From the sequence record MK308676.1: a stretch of DNA of 64,000 nucleotides; one strand, given 5' to 3'. Made by a program: the position numbers and the translations under genes. The notes under the pieces are model-generated. The model did no database searches, had not been told where the DNA came from, and worked only from the letters and a program-made list of their open reading frames with translations. Within the stretch, counting starts at the first letter, position 1; each line of letters begins with the position of its first letter. Of the stretch, positions 1 to 9,848 are shown piece by piece.

Positions 1-27
1 TACAATGTTTTTAGTTTTAGCGAACAT
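1..27 (-). CDS. 5' end of a gene running off the window (MFAKTKNIV...)
   Basis: AAGGAG Shine-Dalgarno followed by ATG at 27 on the minus strand; frame open to the window edge. Confidence 0.5.
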
Positions 28-60
28 AGCAGTTCTCCTTTATGCCAAAAGAAAATTATA

Positions 61-98
61 CATACCCCTATCTGCTCGAGCAGATAGGAGGGGGTATG
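61..98 (-). terminator. long inverted repeat, terminator-like
   Basis: CATACCCC-TATCTGC-TCGA-GCAGATAG-GA-GGGGTATG followed on the minus strand by a T-rich run. Confidence 0.55.
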
Positions 99-125
99 TT
101 TAAAGGATTAATATAAGAGTGAGAG

Positions 126-147
126 CATAAAGATAATATGGGTTTTA
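126..147 (-). promoter_or_regulatory. candidate phage promoter, copy 1
   Basis: Minus strand TAAAACCCATATTATCTTTATG matches the copy at 23190-23211 at 18 of 22 positions and resembles the phiKZ early TATATTAC motif. Confidence 0.5.
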
Positions 148-175
148 CTTTTTCTTGAAAACGTGAAATAGGTAA

Positions 176-204
176 GGATACGAGCCGAAGCCCGTATCCC
201 TTTT
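176..204. terminator. intrinsic terminator hairpin
   Basis: GGATACG-AGCCGAAGCC-CGTATCC just after the stop of the 210..509 gene. Confidence 0.6.
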
Positions 205-209
205 ATGCG

Positions 210-509
210 CTAGGCCACAAAGTAGGCAAATACAACAGCCACTATCCCGAGGAATAACTGAAGACCTACAAATGTTGTCTTAACTTCTTCTTTCACCAGA
301 GCATGTTTCAGGAAACTACCCCGAGGTCGCTTGAAGGTAACTGAGTTACCATTGGCACCGTAGTAGTGTTCGATGTTACATGCGTCGCACATAACCTTAC
401 GGATAAATGCAACAGGCTTAGGCGCCTTAACGTTAGTGAAGTCAGAAAAAGCTTTTTGTAGTCCCCAGATAAGAAGAGCCGCAAAAGCTAGGATAAGAAT
501 AGAGTACAT
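210..509 (-). CDS. small membrane protein, hypothetical (99 aa, two hydrophobic segments)
   Basis: GGAGG RBS before ATG 509 (shorter than the ORF-track call); hydrophobic N- and C-termini. Confidence 0.7.
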   Translation of the reverse strand: MYSILILAFAALLIWGLQKAFSDFTNVKAPKPVAFIRKVMCDACNIEHYYGANGNSVTFKRPRGSFLKHALVKEEVKTTFVGLQLFLGIVAVVFAYFVA

Positions 510-531
510 GGTAATTGCCTCCGTAGTGTGA

Positions 532-1338
532 TTACCAGAATGTTGAACTACGTGGGTCAATCAATTGAACTTTCTCCCAGCCCATGGCAGAGCGAATCAT
601 AGTTGAAGTAACTAAGTCATCTCCTTCCATGCCGATGCCGTCGAGTAGTTTGGCTTCCTGCTCAGATTTAAATAGAGCAGCCTCACTGATAGCGATAGGT
701 TCATCTTTGTCAGGTGTCCAGATGCCTTCGTTAGAAGCATCGATACCTTCCATAGATGGCGTATCCCATTTGTTTGCTACAGCAATACCGCCATGGTTCA
801 CTTGGTCCCACGTAACGATTAGTTTGATACGTTTATTTGGAACGCCGCCTTCATAAGTAGTAGGGTGCGTTAGAGTACGTATCGAGAAGTCGACATTCTC
901 TTCTGGATTGTCAAACTTCTTCTCTAGTTGAGGACCATATAAGCCAGAGCCCTTAACCCAACCGAACACTTTAATAATGCGATTGCCTTTATCGTCTTTA
1001 CCTTCTTCTAGTCGTACTGACTTGATGTGGTGACCAACGAGTTCATTTGCAACGCGACCTACACGACTAACGAACATGCCGAAAGTCATACCAGGAACAG
1101 GATAAGGGTGTTCAACCTCACCGTGTAGTTTACCGTTAGCGATTTGTTGCATTAGTCGAGAGCTAGGAGAGAACATAGCTTCAAGTTCTTTAGTGAAGCG
1201 GTAGAACTCGCCTTTCTCAGACATGCAGTTAAATGCACCTAAACAGATTTCACGATAACCATTGGCATCAATGGCCATCTTGCCAACTTTGTTGCGTGTC
1301 TGCAACACAGTGCTTTCATATAGAGCGATAGTAGACAT
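532..1338 (-). CDS. prohead (head maturation) serine protease, phiKZ gp175 / SPN3US gp245 family
   Basis: GEVEHP (catalytic His), DFSIR (catalytic Ser) and TWDQVNHGG motifs; C-terminal SME/GME self-cleavage-type sites; synteny with vRNAP genes. Confidence 0.85.
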   Translation of the reverse strand: MSTIALYESTVLQTRNKVGKMAIDANGYREICLGAFNCMSEKGEFYRFTKELEAMFSPSSRLMQQIANGKLHGEVEHPYPVPGMTFGMFVSRVGRVANELVGHHIKSVRLEEGKDDKGNRIIKVFGWVKGSGLYGPQLEKKFDNPEENVDFSIRTLTHPTTYEGGVPNKRIKLIVTWDQVNHGGIAVANKWDTPSMEGIDASNEGIWTPDKDEPIAISEAALFKSEQEAKLLDGIGMEGDDLVTSTMIRSAMGWEKVQLIDPRSSTFW

Positions 1339-1341
1339 TGT

Positions 1342-2067
1342 TTACAACCTCAACAGCGATTCTATTTCTTCTGTGGTCTCACTTGGGTTCACTAGGGAAG
1401 ATGCGATACCTGTTTTAAGGTACGAGCCCAATAAGCGAGACGCTGTATTATCAGCACCGAACGCGACACTTCGCAGTGGGATAATGTCAACTTCGGCGTT
1501 GTCGTAATCTTCTTGTGTAGCGAAACCTTCGCGTGCCGGAATAGAGCGGTCTGCCGGGTCACGAATACAAGAAGAGGCAAAGATAGATTGTAGGGACTGA
1601 CCACCACCCAAGTCTACACCTGCAAACTTAGGAGCAGAATAAAACAGTTCAGCGCGAGCACGGTGACCGATATACCAAGGCTGTTTGCCTTTAGCAACGA
1701 TTTCATCGTATACTTCGAACACTAATGTCTTCTTCTGTGCCAAACGATAGTTAGGACAGATAACGCTACCTTTAGTCCAGCTAAGAACATAGTAGCTACC
1801 TTCCTTGACTTTCACGACGCCTACTTCTTCAGGAGTAAAAGGCATGATAGCGTGCACGCGACTTAATGCGTAAGAGCCACCAACAATCCAACCTACGAAA
1901 CAGGCGGCATTGTAACGGCCGTCAATAGTGCCTAACTTACCGTTGAAGTAGTGCTCTGGAATGTGAAGTGAGATATCTTCTTTAGCAATCAGCATGTGGT
2001 TTTCAGTATCCTTGTGGATAGCTGCATGGATTGCTTTAGGGTTATGGGTTAGACTTGAAACGTCCAT
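1342..2067 (-). CDS. conserved virion protein, positional equivalent of phiKZ gp176 / SPN3US gp244 (possibly vRNAP-associated)
   Basis: 241-aa ORF with phage codon usage; assignment rests mainly on synteny next to the protease. Confidence 0.6.
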   Translation of the reverse strand: MDVSSLTHNPKAIHAAIHKDTENHMLIAKEDISLHIPEHYFNGKLGTIDGRYNAACFVGWIVGGSYALSRVHAIMPFTPEEVGVVKVKEGSYYVLSWTKGSVICPNYRLAQKKTLVFEVYDEIVAKGKQPWYIGHRARAELFYSAPKFAGVDLGGGQSLQSIFASSCIRDPADRSIPAREGFATQEDYDNAEVDIIPLRSVAFGADNTASRLLGSYLKTGIASSLVNPSETTEEIESLLRL

Positions 2068-2085
2068 TACTTTTACCTACAGTTG

Positions 2086-2114
2086 AAAAACCTCTCTTCC
2101 CGAAAGAAGAGAGG
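2086..2114 (-). terminator. intrinsic terminator
   Basis: CCTCTCTTC-CCGAAA-GAAGAGAGG with an A5 tract (U tract on the minus strand). Confidence 0.7.
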
Positions 2115-2124
2115 TAAAGTCTTA

Positions 2125-3549
2125 TTACAGTTGAGCAAGGTCGAATTCAGGAGCAGTCGACTTAGTCACGGTCATCTGTGTTCCGGCCCATTGCCCTAAT
2201 AGACGAACCATCGCACGAACACCAGCTTGACTACGCGTTAGCGTCTCGTCATCTTCCATGAATGCATCCATGTCGTTCAGTAACTGCAAACAAGCAGAGT
2301 TAGGAACGATTGCTACACAAACAGCTTCACGGACATATTGGCCGATGTCAGCATTTGACTGTAGGGGATGTTTACCGAAGAAACCTTGCGCACGAGCAAT
2401 ATAAGTCGGAACTTGGTCTTTCTCAACTTCGCTATGAATGTGGTTATAAAGGCCACGTTCGATTACACCTTTCATCTCTGCTACTGTCGCTAGTCGCTGA
2501 CGAGTACGCGCAGAACTTTCAATACGACGGTATTCCGCTGTATACTTAGAAGGGTCTTTCATTAGCGCTTCAGAAACACCAACAACAGTTTCACGACCAG
2601 ACGCAAGAGCTCCGATTAGTGCTTCAGCTTCACCTTCGCCATCCAACCACTTAGTGTAGTTCTTAGCGTAGACGAAAACTTCTTTGTTGTTAGAACCGTT
2701 AGGAATGATAAACTTACCAGACTTGTTGAACTCCGTTACGTGACGGATTTGGTCAGCTAGACGGTTGCCGAAGTAAGCACGTGCTTTTGCTAACTCTGTA
2801 CGTTCATGTACAGTGATGTCGTTTAGAGAGACGTTAGTGAACGAGTTGTTCAATAGCGCATCTAAGAACAGGAAGTTCAATAGATTGATTGGTGAGTTAA
2901 ACATAGCCGGAGAGTTAGACTCGGGCTGTTCATTGCGCAATAGGATTTCAGATGCAGTAGTGAAACCTAACAGGTTAGCACCTTCGCCCATTGCTTGCTT
3001 GATACCGGTGTTCCAGACTTCGTTACCGCGCTTAAGTCCTTCGAAAAGAAGGTCGTCAGTTAGACCACCAAGAATCTTAGAGCGTAATGGGCCACTAAGT
3101 TCTACAGGACGGAATGCGCCAACACGATACTTTTCATACATCGTCGCTAGTTCAGGAGATGTGAAAGTAGGAAGAACGGCTACAGAACGGATACCGATGT
3201 TAAGAGGCGAATCGCCTTCAATTGCACGCTTAGCGTTTTCACAATCACCAACGATTGCCCTGACTAGCGGATTAACAACAGTACGTGCCATCTTCAGGTT
3301 AGCGGATGCACGGTTTGCCATAAGTTGAGCTACGCGACGCTTCTCACCGGTGTGAGGGTCAAAACCTACGTTGATAGGCATAGCTGCTTGGCGTACTTGG
3401 TCAACGACAGAATCGTTTTCCATGAATGCGTTTAGAGAAGAATGCACGAGGTCTAAGTGAGTGTTTTGGTTTAGGCTCAACGTGATGTTAGACGCTGCCA
3501 AACTTGTACCTAGTTGCATCGCGGCTTCTAGTGACTTATCCTTGAACAT
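2125..3549 (-). CDS. virion head protein, positional equivalent of phiKZ gp177 / SPN3US gp243
   Basis: 474-aa ORF; synteny between the protease block and vRNAP beta. Confidence 0.6.
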   Translation of the reverse strand: MFKDKSLEAAMQLGTSLAASNITLSLNQNTHLDLVHSSLNAFMENDSVVDQVRQAAMPINVGFDPHTGEKRRVAQLMANRASANLKMARTVVNPLVRAIVGDCENAKRAIEGDSPLNIGIRSVAVLPTFTSPELATMYEKYRVGAFRPVELSGPLRSKILGGLTDDLLFEGLKRGNEVWNTGIKQAMGEGANLLGFTTASEILLRNEQPESNSPAMFNSPINLLNFLFLDALLNNSFTNVSLNDITVHERTELAKARAYFGNRLADQIRHVTEFNKSGKFIIPNGSNNKEVFVYAKNYTKWLDGEGEAEALIGALASGRETVVGVSEALMKDPSKYTAEYRRIESSARTRQRLATVAEMKGVIERGLYNHIHSEVEKDQVPTYIARAQGFFGKHPLQSNADIGQYVREAVCVAIVPNSACLQLLNDMDAFMEDDETLTRSQAGVRAMVRLLGQWAGTQMTVTKSTAPEFDLAQL

Positions 3550-3712
3550 TTGCTTTCTCCGAGATTACGATATGTAGTTCTTGTGAGAAGATTGCTTCCA
3601 GCTCTTTCATGTCAGAGCCATTCAAATCGTTACCCGCAAGTTCTTGAATTGCGTCCGTACAGACATCAATCGCTGTAGCGGCTACAGCAACATTCTGAAG
3701 TGCAGTAGTCAT
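3536..3712 (-). CDS. 58-aa hypothetical protein missed by the ORF track (MTTALQNVAVAATAIDVCTDAIQELAGNDLNGSDMKELEAIFSQELHIVISEKANVQG)
   Basis: GGAG RBS; ATG 3712; stop overlaps the start region of the 474-aa gene; helical acidic composition. Confidence 0.65.
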   Translation of the reverse strand: MTTALQNVAVAATAIDVCTDAIQELAGNDLNGSDMKELEAIFSQELHIVISEKANVQG

Positions 3713-3816
3713 GTTTATACTCCAGGGTTAGAGCGCCGCTTGTTGCAGCGTTTATTGAAAAGTTTCGATGTGCCCTCTATATAAGGGCTCATCTTATTTG
3801 TCCTTTAAGGAGGGCA

Positions 3817-6357
3817 TTACCCCTCCGAAAAGTACATGTCTACCAACTGCTGGTTCTTCTTACGAACAACGGCGTTGATAACACCTTGTGAAATACATGA
3901 GGTTACGATACGGTTGTTTACAGATTGCGCACCGAAGACTAAGTCGATATCGCGACCATCTTCCGTTCTGTTAATGCCTTCCATGATACGACCGTGTACA
4001 GTTTTAAGCTGATTACTAACAACCGACTTATCGCCGATACCTGATTCGAGTTCGCTATCGATGTAGACCGAAATAACAACCTTACCAGGAATAACTTTCT
4101 CACCAGCAACGTAAGTAGGCTTACGCAATTCGCCAGTACGGCCAGCAGCGCCGCGATTAAGGTCACGGCTTTCTTCTGCACGGCGAGCATTGTCCGCTTC
4201 AACGATTGCTCGTAGGGATTCGCTCATGTCGTCTATGTTACCCATGTAGAAAACTTCGATGCGAGTTACAACGCCACCCGTTTTCGCTTTAGGTGTTTGG
4301 TTAGAAAGTTTGCTTAACGCAAGAAGCGAAGCGTCAGTCTGCTCAAGTCCGGTTAGAGTACCTTCCTTGATTGTGCCCAAGATAGTATCGAACTCTACTT
4401 CTTGACCAACCGTTACCAACCCTTCAATCTCTTGGTCGAAGTCCAGGATAATGCCTTTATTCTTAGAGATGCGAGTAGATAGTTTCTTACGGAAGTTCTC
4501 AGAGATAGCCGAACCATCTTCTAACGTATCGTTACCTTCTTTAAGTACAACTGTTGCCAGTGCACCAGAAAGCATAGACACGTTTTCAGGAGCAGTTAGT
4601 TCACGAGCAAAGAAACCGCTGTTCCATGCTAGAACCCAACCTTCTTCAAAAGTACTACCAACAACTTTATCGGTTACATATTCATGCGGAATGAGTTCAC
4701 CTGCTACGCTACCGTGTTTAACACCTAAGCGATACCCTTCTTCACGGCCACTTGCGTATTTAACGCGAATGACTTTATCTGTAACCTTAGTTACTTCCCC
4801 AGCTTCTTTCGCACGGTAAACGAAGAACTCAGAAACGCGAGATGCGATAATTGAATCGTAACCAGAACGATAAGGCATTGGGTGAGAACCCGCAGTAGGA
4901 ACAACGGCTGATTGTTGTACCGCACCCAAGTTAGCACGTTTACCGTCATCGCGGTCCATGTCTGGGAACAGAAGTGCCGTAGTAGATAGCAGCGCTGAAG
5001 AACCATCTTCAGGCGTCCAAGTGCCCGCAGTACCACGTAAGTCGTTGATGCGCGCGTTAGGTGTAGCGAAACCACGGATACCTACTTTCGCAGAGTCCGG
5101 AGTGTGCTCACTAAGGATACCTAAGTCGTTCTCGTGGAATACACGGTTACGTTTAACCAGTGTACGTGCCGAACGTCCGCCTTCACCTGCTAAGGTAATA
5201 GCTTCCTGTTCTTTAAGGTTGTGAACTGGGTTGACTTCACTTACTAGCTGAACAGAACTGTCCGCATTCAGACGGTTACGTAGTTCAGAAGGCATTAGCG
5301 TTATAGCTTCGTTGCGAGAGTTAGGCATACGACGCTGAGCAGCAATTGCTTCATACATCGCCAAGTAAAGAAGACCACTGATACGTTCCATGCCGCGAAC
5401 GCGCATGAATTTAGGGTCAGCTTCATCGGGAGCATCGTCTGTCTTAATCAATTCACAACAGCGAATGAACAAGTCAACTAGGTTGTCAGGTTCTTTCATG
5501 TCAGCCAATACTTCTAACGTAATCGGGTCTAGGAACAAATCGTTCATTAGAGTCCAGTTATCAGCATGACCTTTGTTTGCTTTATAGTAAGGCAGTGACA
5601 CTACCCAACCATCGCGACGGTTAAAGTCGGACACGTTAAAGCGACGTGTCATTTCTTCCATGTCTTTTAGGCCAGACCAAATCAAAGATTGCATCGGGTC
5701 TTTAACGTCGACATAGAGACGTTCATCTGCAAACGAGATAACGATTTCATTCTGCAAGGCTTGAACTCGGCGGTCCAAAGGTTCCCAACGGTGACGCACT
5801 TTCAGTTTACGCAATAGCTTATCCAAGCCTAGCGTATAACCTAAGAACATAACCACAGGAATCTTGCGGTTCAATGAACGGAAGATAGCTACGTCAGATG
5901 GAGGAGTCCCCCAACCGCCGCCAGTAAGCTCTAGGATGGAACCACCTGCGCTCTTAGGAACGTTAACGGTGTTATCCATATTCATTGTGATGATGGCACC
6001 GTCGTAAGTACCACAGACAACAGCACCGCTGCGCTCAGCATTGGCAACTGCTTTCTCACCGTAACGCTGCTCACGCTTCTCATATTCGAAGTCGAACTTG
6101 TAAGCACCAGAATCAAAGCCACTGATTTCACTCATGAAAGAAGTGTAGTGACGTGGAAGTGGAACGTTCGGTATTTTGTTTGTACCATAGCGCAGACTAG
6201 TAACGCGGTCGTCGCCGTTGGTTAATGCAGCAGCAGAGAAAGCTTTACGTAACCAACGTCCTTGGTCATGTTTAGCTAGCTCGCTACGGCTAATGAAGAC
6301 TTTACCTGCGTAAGAAGTTAGAGCAGCCTGGTTAGGCTTAGTCTTACGGATTGGCAT
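3817..6357 (-). CDS. rpoB: virion RNA polymerase beta-like subunit (phiKZ gp178 family), exon 2
   Basis: Beta motifs GEGGRS..., SEHTPDSAKVGI, DDGKRANLGAVQQSAVVP and GDKSVVSNQLKTV; joins exon 1 in frame (QKVD^MPIRK), spliced product 1308 aa. Confidence 0.92.
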   Translation of the reverse strand: MPIRKTKPNQAALTSYAGKVFISRSELAKHDQGRWLRKAFSAAALTNGDDRVTSLRYGTNKIPNVPLPRHYTSFMSEISGFDSGAYKFDFEYEKREQRYGEKAVANAERSGAVVCGTYDGAIITMNMDNTVNVPKSAGGSILELTGGGWGTPPSDVAIFRSLNRKIPVVMFLGYTLGLDKLLRKLKVRHRWEPLDRRVQALQNEIVISFADERLYVDVKDPMQSLIWSGLKDMEEMTRRFNVSDFNRRDGWVVSLPYYKANKGHADNWTLMNDLFLDPITLEVLADMKEPDNLVDLFIRCCELIKTDDAPDEADPKFMRVRGMERISGLLYLAMYEAIAAQRRMPNSRNEAITLMPSELRNRLNADSSVQLVSEVNPVHNLKEQEAITLAGEGGRSARTLVKRNRVFHENDLGILSEHTPDSAKVGIRGFATPNARINDLRGTAGTWTPEDGSSALLSTTALLFPDMDRDDGKRANLGAVQQSAVVPTAGSHPMPYRSGYDSIIASRVSEFFVYRAKEAGEVTKVTDKVIRVKYASGREEGYRLGVKHGSVAGELIPHEYVTDKVVGSTFEEGWVLAWNSGFFARELTAPENVSMLSGALATVVLKEGNDTLEDGSAISENFRKKLSTRISKNKGIILDFDQEIEGLVTVGQEVEFDTILGTIKEGTLTGLEQTDASLLALSKLSNQTPKAKTGGVVTRIEVFYMGNIDDMSESLRAIVEADNARRAEESRDLNRGAAGRTGELRKPTYVAGEKVIPGKVVISVYIDSELESGIGDKSVVSNQLKTVHGRIMEGINRTEDGRDIDLVFGAQSVNNRIVTSCISQGVINAVVRKKNQQLVDMYFSEG

Positions 6358-7848
6358 CTACTCTCCAACCACGGAGAGCAGGACTATATCATGTCTTTCA
6401 TAATCTGCGAGAGATTAATCAGACCCTACCGTTTCGGCTTGCGCCTACTCTACTCGGTTATTCCCAGTAACATCGCTGTTAAAGGTATCCTTTCGATAGT
6501 CTCTGAACTCATCCCGTATCTTTCGACTTAGGGACTTCGTTGCGTCGGTCACTTCCTCGGCTAGCGTTTTTACCGTGCTTCTCACTTCCATTACTGGGAG
6601 AAGTATTACAGTGCGTTTCTGCCTGTAAGTGGTAGCTAGGGAGTTATAGAAGATTCCCGCAGTTAGGTAGGTTTATAGTGGACATGTCTTGTAAAAAGAC
6701 TTTGTATTAAAATGTTTACTAGGTAAGGAACATCACTAACTTACTCAGCAAAGAACTCATCAAGTATTTCATCGACGGTTCGCTTGTCGAAACAACTTAT
6801 AGTTAATTGAGATAAACCCATTTCTTTAACCAAAGCTAGTTTCTCTTTATCCCGCTTAACAGTCCCTAGGTGGCCTTCTAAGCCGCCAAAGCGTTCTACG
6901 GGTACAAAGTGTTGTTTACCGTGAAACTCTATCATTAGAGCTTGTTCAGGGACGTAGAAGTCCCAACGGTATTTGTAATCTGGAAATGAGTATTCTGGGA
7001 TATACTTCTTACCGTTTCTTTCCAACCAAAGCCTAACTTCTCTTTCACCGATGCTTTCTTTGCAGCGAGGACAGCCAGCTTTAGCTTGTATATGTTCAAG
7101 GGGCGTTTTAGTAAACTCGCCATGAATGGGACAGTTAAGAGTAATCTTAACTCTCATTCCTTTATAGTCTATGACGGAATAGTCAAAGGCATCGCCGTGT
7201 ATTTCTTTTGCTTCCCGAACAAAGTCTTCTTTAGGACGCATCATGGTTTCATCTGAACAGCGCTTACAGCCGTAACCCTCTAGGAAAGAACTCACTCTCT
7301 TAGTGAATGGGCCGTGGCTTTTGCATTCAAGCTCAATTACGTCATCGGTATTGCCAAACGTGACGTTGCTAAGGTCATACGTGTCGCCAAACAACTCTTT
7401 GGCTTTCTGTAGGAACGCTTCTGTACTTAAACGCGTTTCTGCCATGGCGCAAATAAAGCACTTGGTGTCGCGCATGTGTTCGGCGGGCCTAGGAAAGAAC
7501 GGCCCGTGGTCAGGACAAATGACTTTGACCGGACAGGTAGAATTAATAAACTCTACTTCGCTGTAGTCGTACTTACCCTTATGAATTCTTTTACTTTCCT
7601 CTAGGAAATCGCTAACATGTAAAAGAGCACCAGAACAGTAAGGACAGCCTTTAGACCTAGGCCTGGTTAGGTTACCGGGAATAACATCCCAGTCGCCATG
7701 TTTCTTGCACGTAACTGTGCAAGGGGTCTTGTTGTTTATGTAAACAAGCTTTTCAAAAGTAAACGCGTCCCCATAACGCTCTTTTACTCTTCTTATGAAA
7801 GCTTGCTGTGGTGTGATGTTTTGTTTCATTTTAATACTTAGGATTTTA
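6358..7848 (-). mobile_element. group I intron (1491 nt) in the vRNAP beta gene, endonuclease ORF in the P1 loop
   Basis: Exon ends in U and intron ends in G. P element AACUGCGGGAA (6654-6664), R GUUCAGAGACUA (6497-6508), S AUGAUAUAGUCC (6381-6392), P3 CCUACC/GGUAGG. IGS CAU-GUCCACU (6677-6686) pairs 7 bp with exon AGUGGAU including the U.G wobble, and with the 3' exon AUG. Confidence 0.93.
6741..7829 (-). CDS. intron-encoded homing endonuclease: four CxxHG...CxxC (DUF723-like) repeats plus a C-terminal Vsr/DUF559-like PD-(D/E)XK nuclease
   Basis: Four repeats of F...K..HG..YDYS.V.Y....V...C..HG.F...P..H....GC..C, then ESIGE...WDFYVP...IEFHGKQHF; start moved to ATG 7829 inside the intron (362 aa). 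Confidence 0.8.
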   Translation of the reverse strand: MKQNITPQQAFIRRVKERYGDAFTFEKLVYINNKTPCTVTCKKHGDWDVIPGNLTRPRSKGCPYCSGALLHVSDFLEESKRIHKGKYDYSEVEFINSTCPVKVICPDHGPFFPRPAEHMRDTKCFICAMAETRLSTEAFLQKAKELFGDTYDLSNVTFGNTDDVIELECKSHGPFTKRVSSFLEGYGCKRCSDETMMRPKEDFVREAKEIHGDAFDYSVIDYKGMRVKITLNCPIHGEFTKTPLEHIQAKAGCPRCKESIGEREVRLWLERNGKKYIPEYSFPDYKYRWDFYVPEQALMIEFHGKQHFVPVERFGGLEGHLGTVKRDKEKLALVKEMGLSQLTISCFDKRTVDEILDEFFAE

Positions 7849-9234
7849 ATCCACTTTCTGAGCATCCATGGTGTAGCGAACGCCACCCATGGTGAAAGTA
7901 CCATCTTCATGAAAGACAGGAACTTCGATTTCAAACGTAGCTTCTTTACCATCAACTGGAAGAAGAGTGATGCGAAGTAATTGAGTTTCTTCTAATGCAT
8001 CCGCTACGATTTCAGATTGGTAATCGCGAAGAATGTAACCGCCTCGGTTAAGAGACAAGAACACGTTCGCAATATCTTTCTGCATTACATCAGAGACATA
8101 CTTGCTACGCATCTTAGCAATGGTAGATTTCCTGGCGTGCTCTGGAACAACGTTATCGCCGATAGGCACTTTAAGGTCGTCGTCGTAAGCGATGTCTTCC
8201 TTAGAGACTTGGGCGTATTGTTGTAGTGGTTGGTCTGAGAAAGGAGAATCGATTCGAGCAATGTTACCGATAGCTTCAGCATAGCGACGTTGCTGTGCTT
8301 GAGTTAGTTGACCTGCTTCAATCTTTTCTTCTAGTTGGCGTTGCAAACCTTCCGGAATAAGTTTACGAGCTTCACTCTCTGAGATAGTAACAGTTTCATT
8401 TTCCATCTCAGCTGCTTCTTCTTCATCAACCGTCAAGGTAAGCATTAGCTTTTCCAGTAGGTCGTGGAACTTAGCAGCAGCACGGTCATCGGTATCTGCG
8501 TGATAGAACAATGTTTCTACCGGCAGGAATACCGCTTTAGTGCCGACAGTAATAACGAAGACAACATCGTCTGCTTCAATCTTACCAACAATTGAATCCA
8601 CGCCGCTCATCGCACGATAGATTTCTAGAACCCATTGCATCGCAGGGTCACGGAAAGCATCACGGTATTGAGCTTGTACTTCTTCAAGGTTAGCTTTGAA
8701 TACAGCTTCGGTTTGCCAAGTGTTGCCTAAGTGAATCTGAAGGAACTGAGGACGTGTACCGCTGAACAGGTTCATGTTAGCGACAACAGTCTCGGCCATG
8801 TTAGCCCAGTAGTCTTGATAAACCGTCGGAGTCTCACCGTAGCGCGCCATACGAGGTACAAGAGTGTAGTCTGCTACAATCATGTCCTTTTCATCCATAA
8901 GGTCACGCTGGACGTTACGGGTGCGTTTTACGGTAGGAGTGTTAGCGTAGTAGTCTTTAATGTAACGACCGCTAGAGAACTGAACACGACGAACACGGCC
9001 ATGCTTGAATACGCCTTCTTCAATGAAAGAGTGACGGATTCGGTTAGGCCAGTTAACTGCCAGCAGACTGTCAGCTTTAAAGCCTCGGTCTTCAGCTGAA
9101 AGGGCCGAATGGTGAAGGATAGGCTTCTTAGGTAAAGTAATACCAATGAGGTCTACGAGCGGTGCTTGAGATAAGGCAAGATTTTCTCTTGCCCCGTATT
9201 CTCGGATAAATGCGTTTAAATGTAATAAAGACAT
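7849..9234 (-). CDS. rpoB: virion RNA polymerase beta-like subunit, exon 1
   Basis: Ends in GTFTMGGVRYTMDAQKVD, aligning with bacterial beta [20 protein letters not shown]; the TAA is the first codon of the intron. Confidence 0.88.
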
Positions 9235-9250
9235 TTGTAATCCCTAGTTA

Positions 9251-9424
9251 TTAATCGTCGCCAGTCATGAAATTCAGAACAAGGTCTGACACGTCCGTGG
9301 TGATTGGGTAAGTTAGACCACCCGATGGAGAAAGGTAAGATGAAGAACGGGCTAACATCTCATCGATTTCTTTAACAGCATCGTCACTCGTAACCACGGT
9401 AAACGAAAGCGTATCGCCATCAAA
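9251..9424 (-). CDS. rpoC: virion RNA polymerase beta'-like subunit (phiKZ gp180 family), exon 2
   Basis: Begins FDGDTLSF, completing the catalytic GADFDGD motif after splicing; preceded by the intron terminal G at 9425. Confidence 0.9.
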   Translation of the reverse strand, partial: FDGDTLSFTVVTSDDAVKEIDEMLARSSSYLSPSGGLTYPITTDVSDLVLNFMTGDD

Positions 9425-9848
9425 CAGAATCTTCAACAGTATCGCTAATACTGCCCTGTTTATTAAACAGCTCCGGGTCTCCCCGAATGCTGAGACTATA
9501 TAATCACCCTCGTAAACTGTTACCGCTTATGAGGGGCTCCCCGTTTCCATTTAAGCCGTTAGGCACCCGCTTGGGCCGTACTCTACTCACTTCCCCTAAG
9601 CTATGTTGGGCTTAGGCTATCATCCCCTAAAGGCTTTCTCTTTAGGTTAAGCTTTCGATAGTCGTTGAACTCATCCCATATCTCTTAATAGACTTAGGGA
9701 CTTCGCTGCGTCGATTTTCTCTATTCTCAAGGTTTTCACTTTTTAAACCTGTCATTAACAGTTGTCACTTATCTGTGTTTCCACGATAAGGCAGTACTTG
9801 AGACTTTACAAGAACTTCCCGCAATTAGAGGAGTTTATTTTCTACACA

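Noticed and set aside
210-509. Holin
   Set aside because: It has two hydrophobic segments but no charged C-terminal tail or adjacent endolysin; left as a membrane hypothetical
3715-3792. 25-aa micro-ORF MSPYIEGTSKLFNKRCNKRRSNPGV
   Set aside because: It has a weak AAGGA upstream but is too short and compositionally unconvincing to support without ribosome profiling
9251-9436. 61-aa ORF as an independent gene
   Set aside because: Its FDGD start completes the catalytic motif of beta'; it is exon 2, and the first four codons in the track are intron sequence
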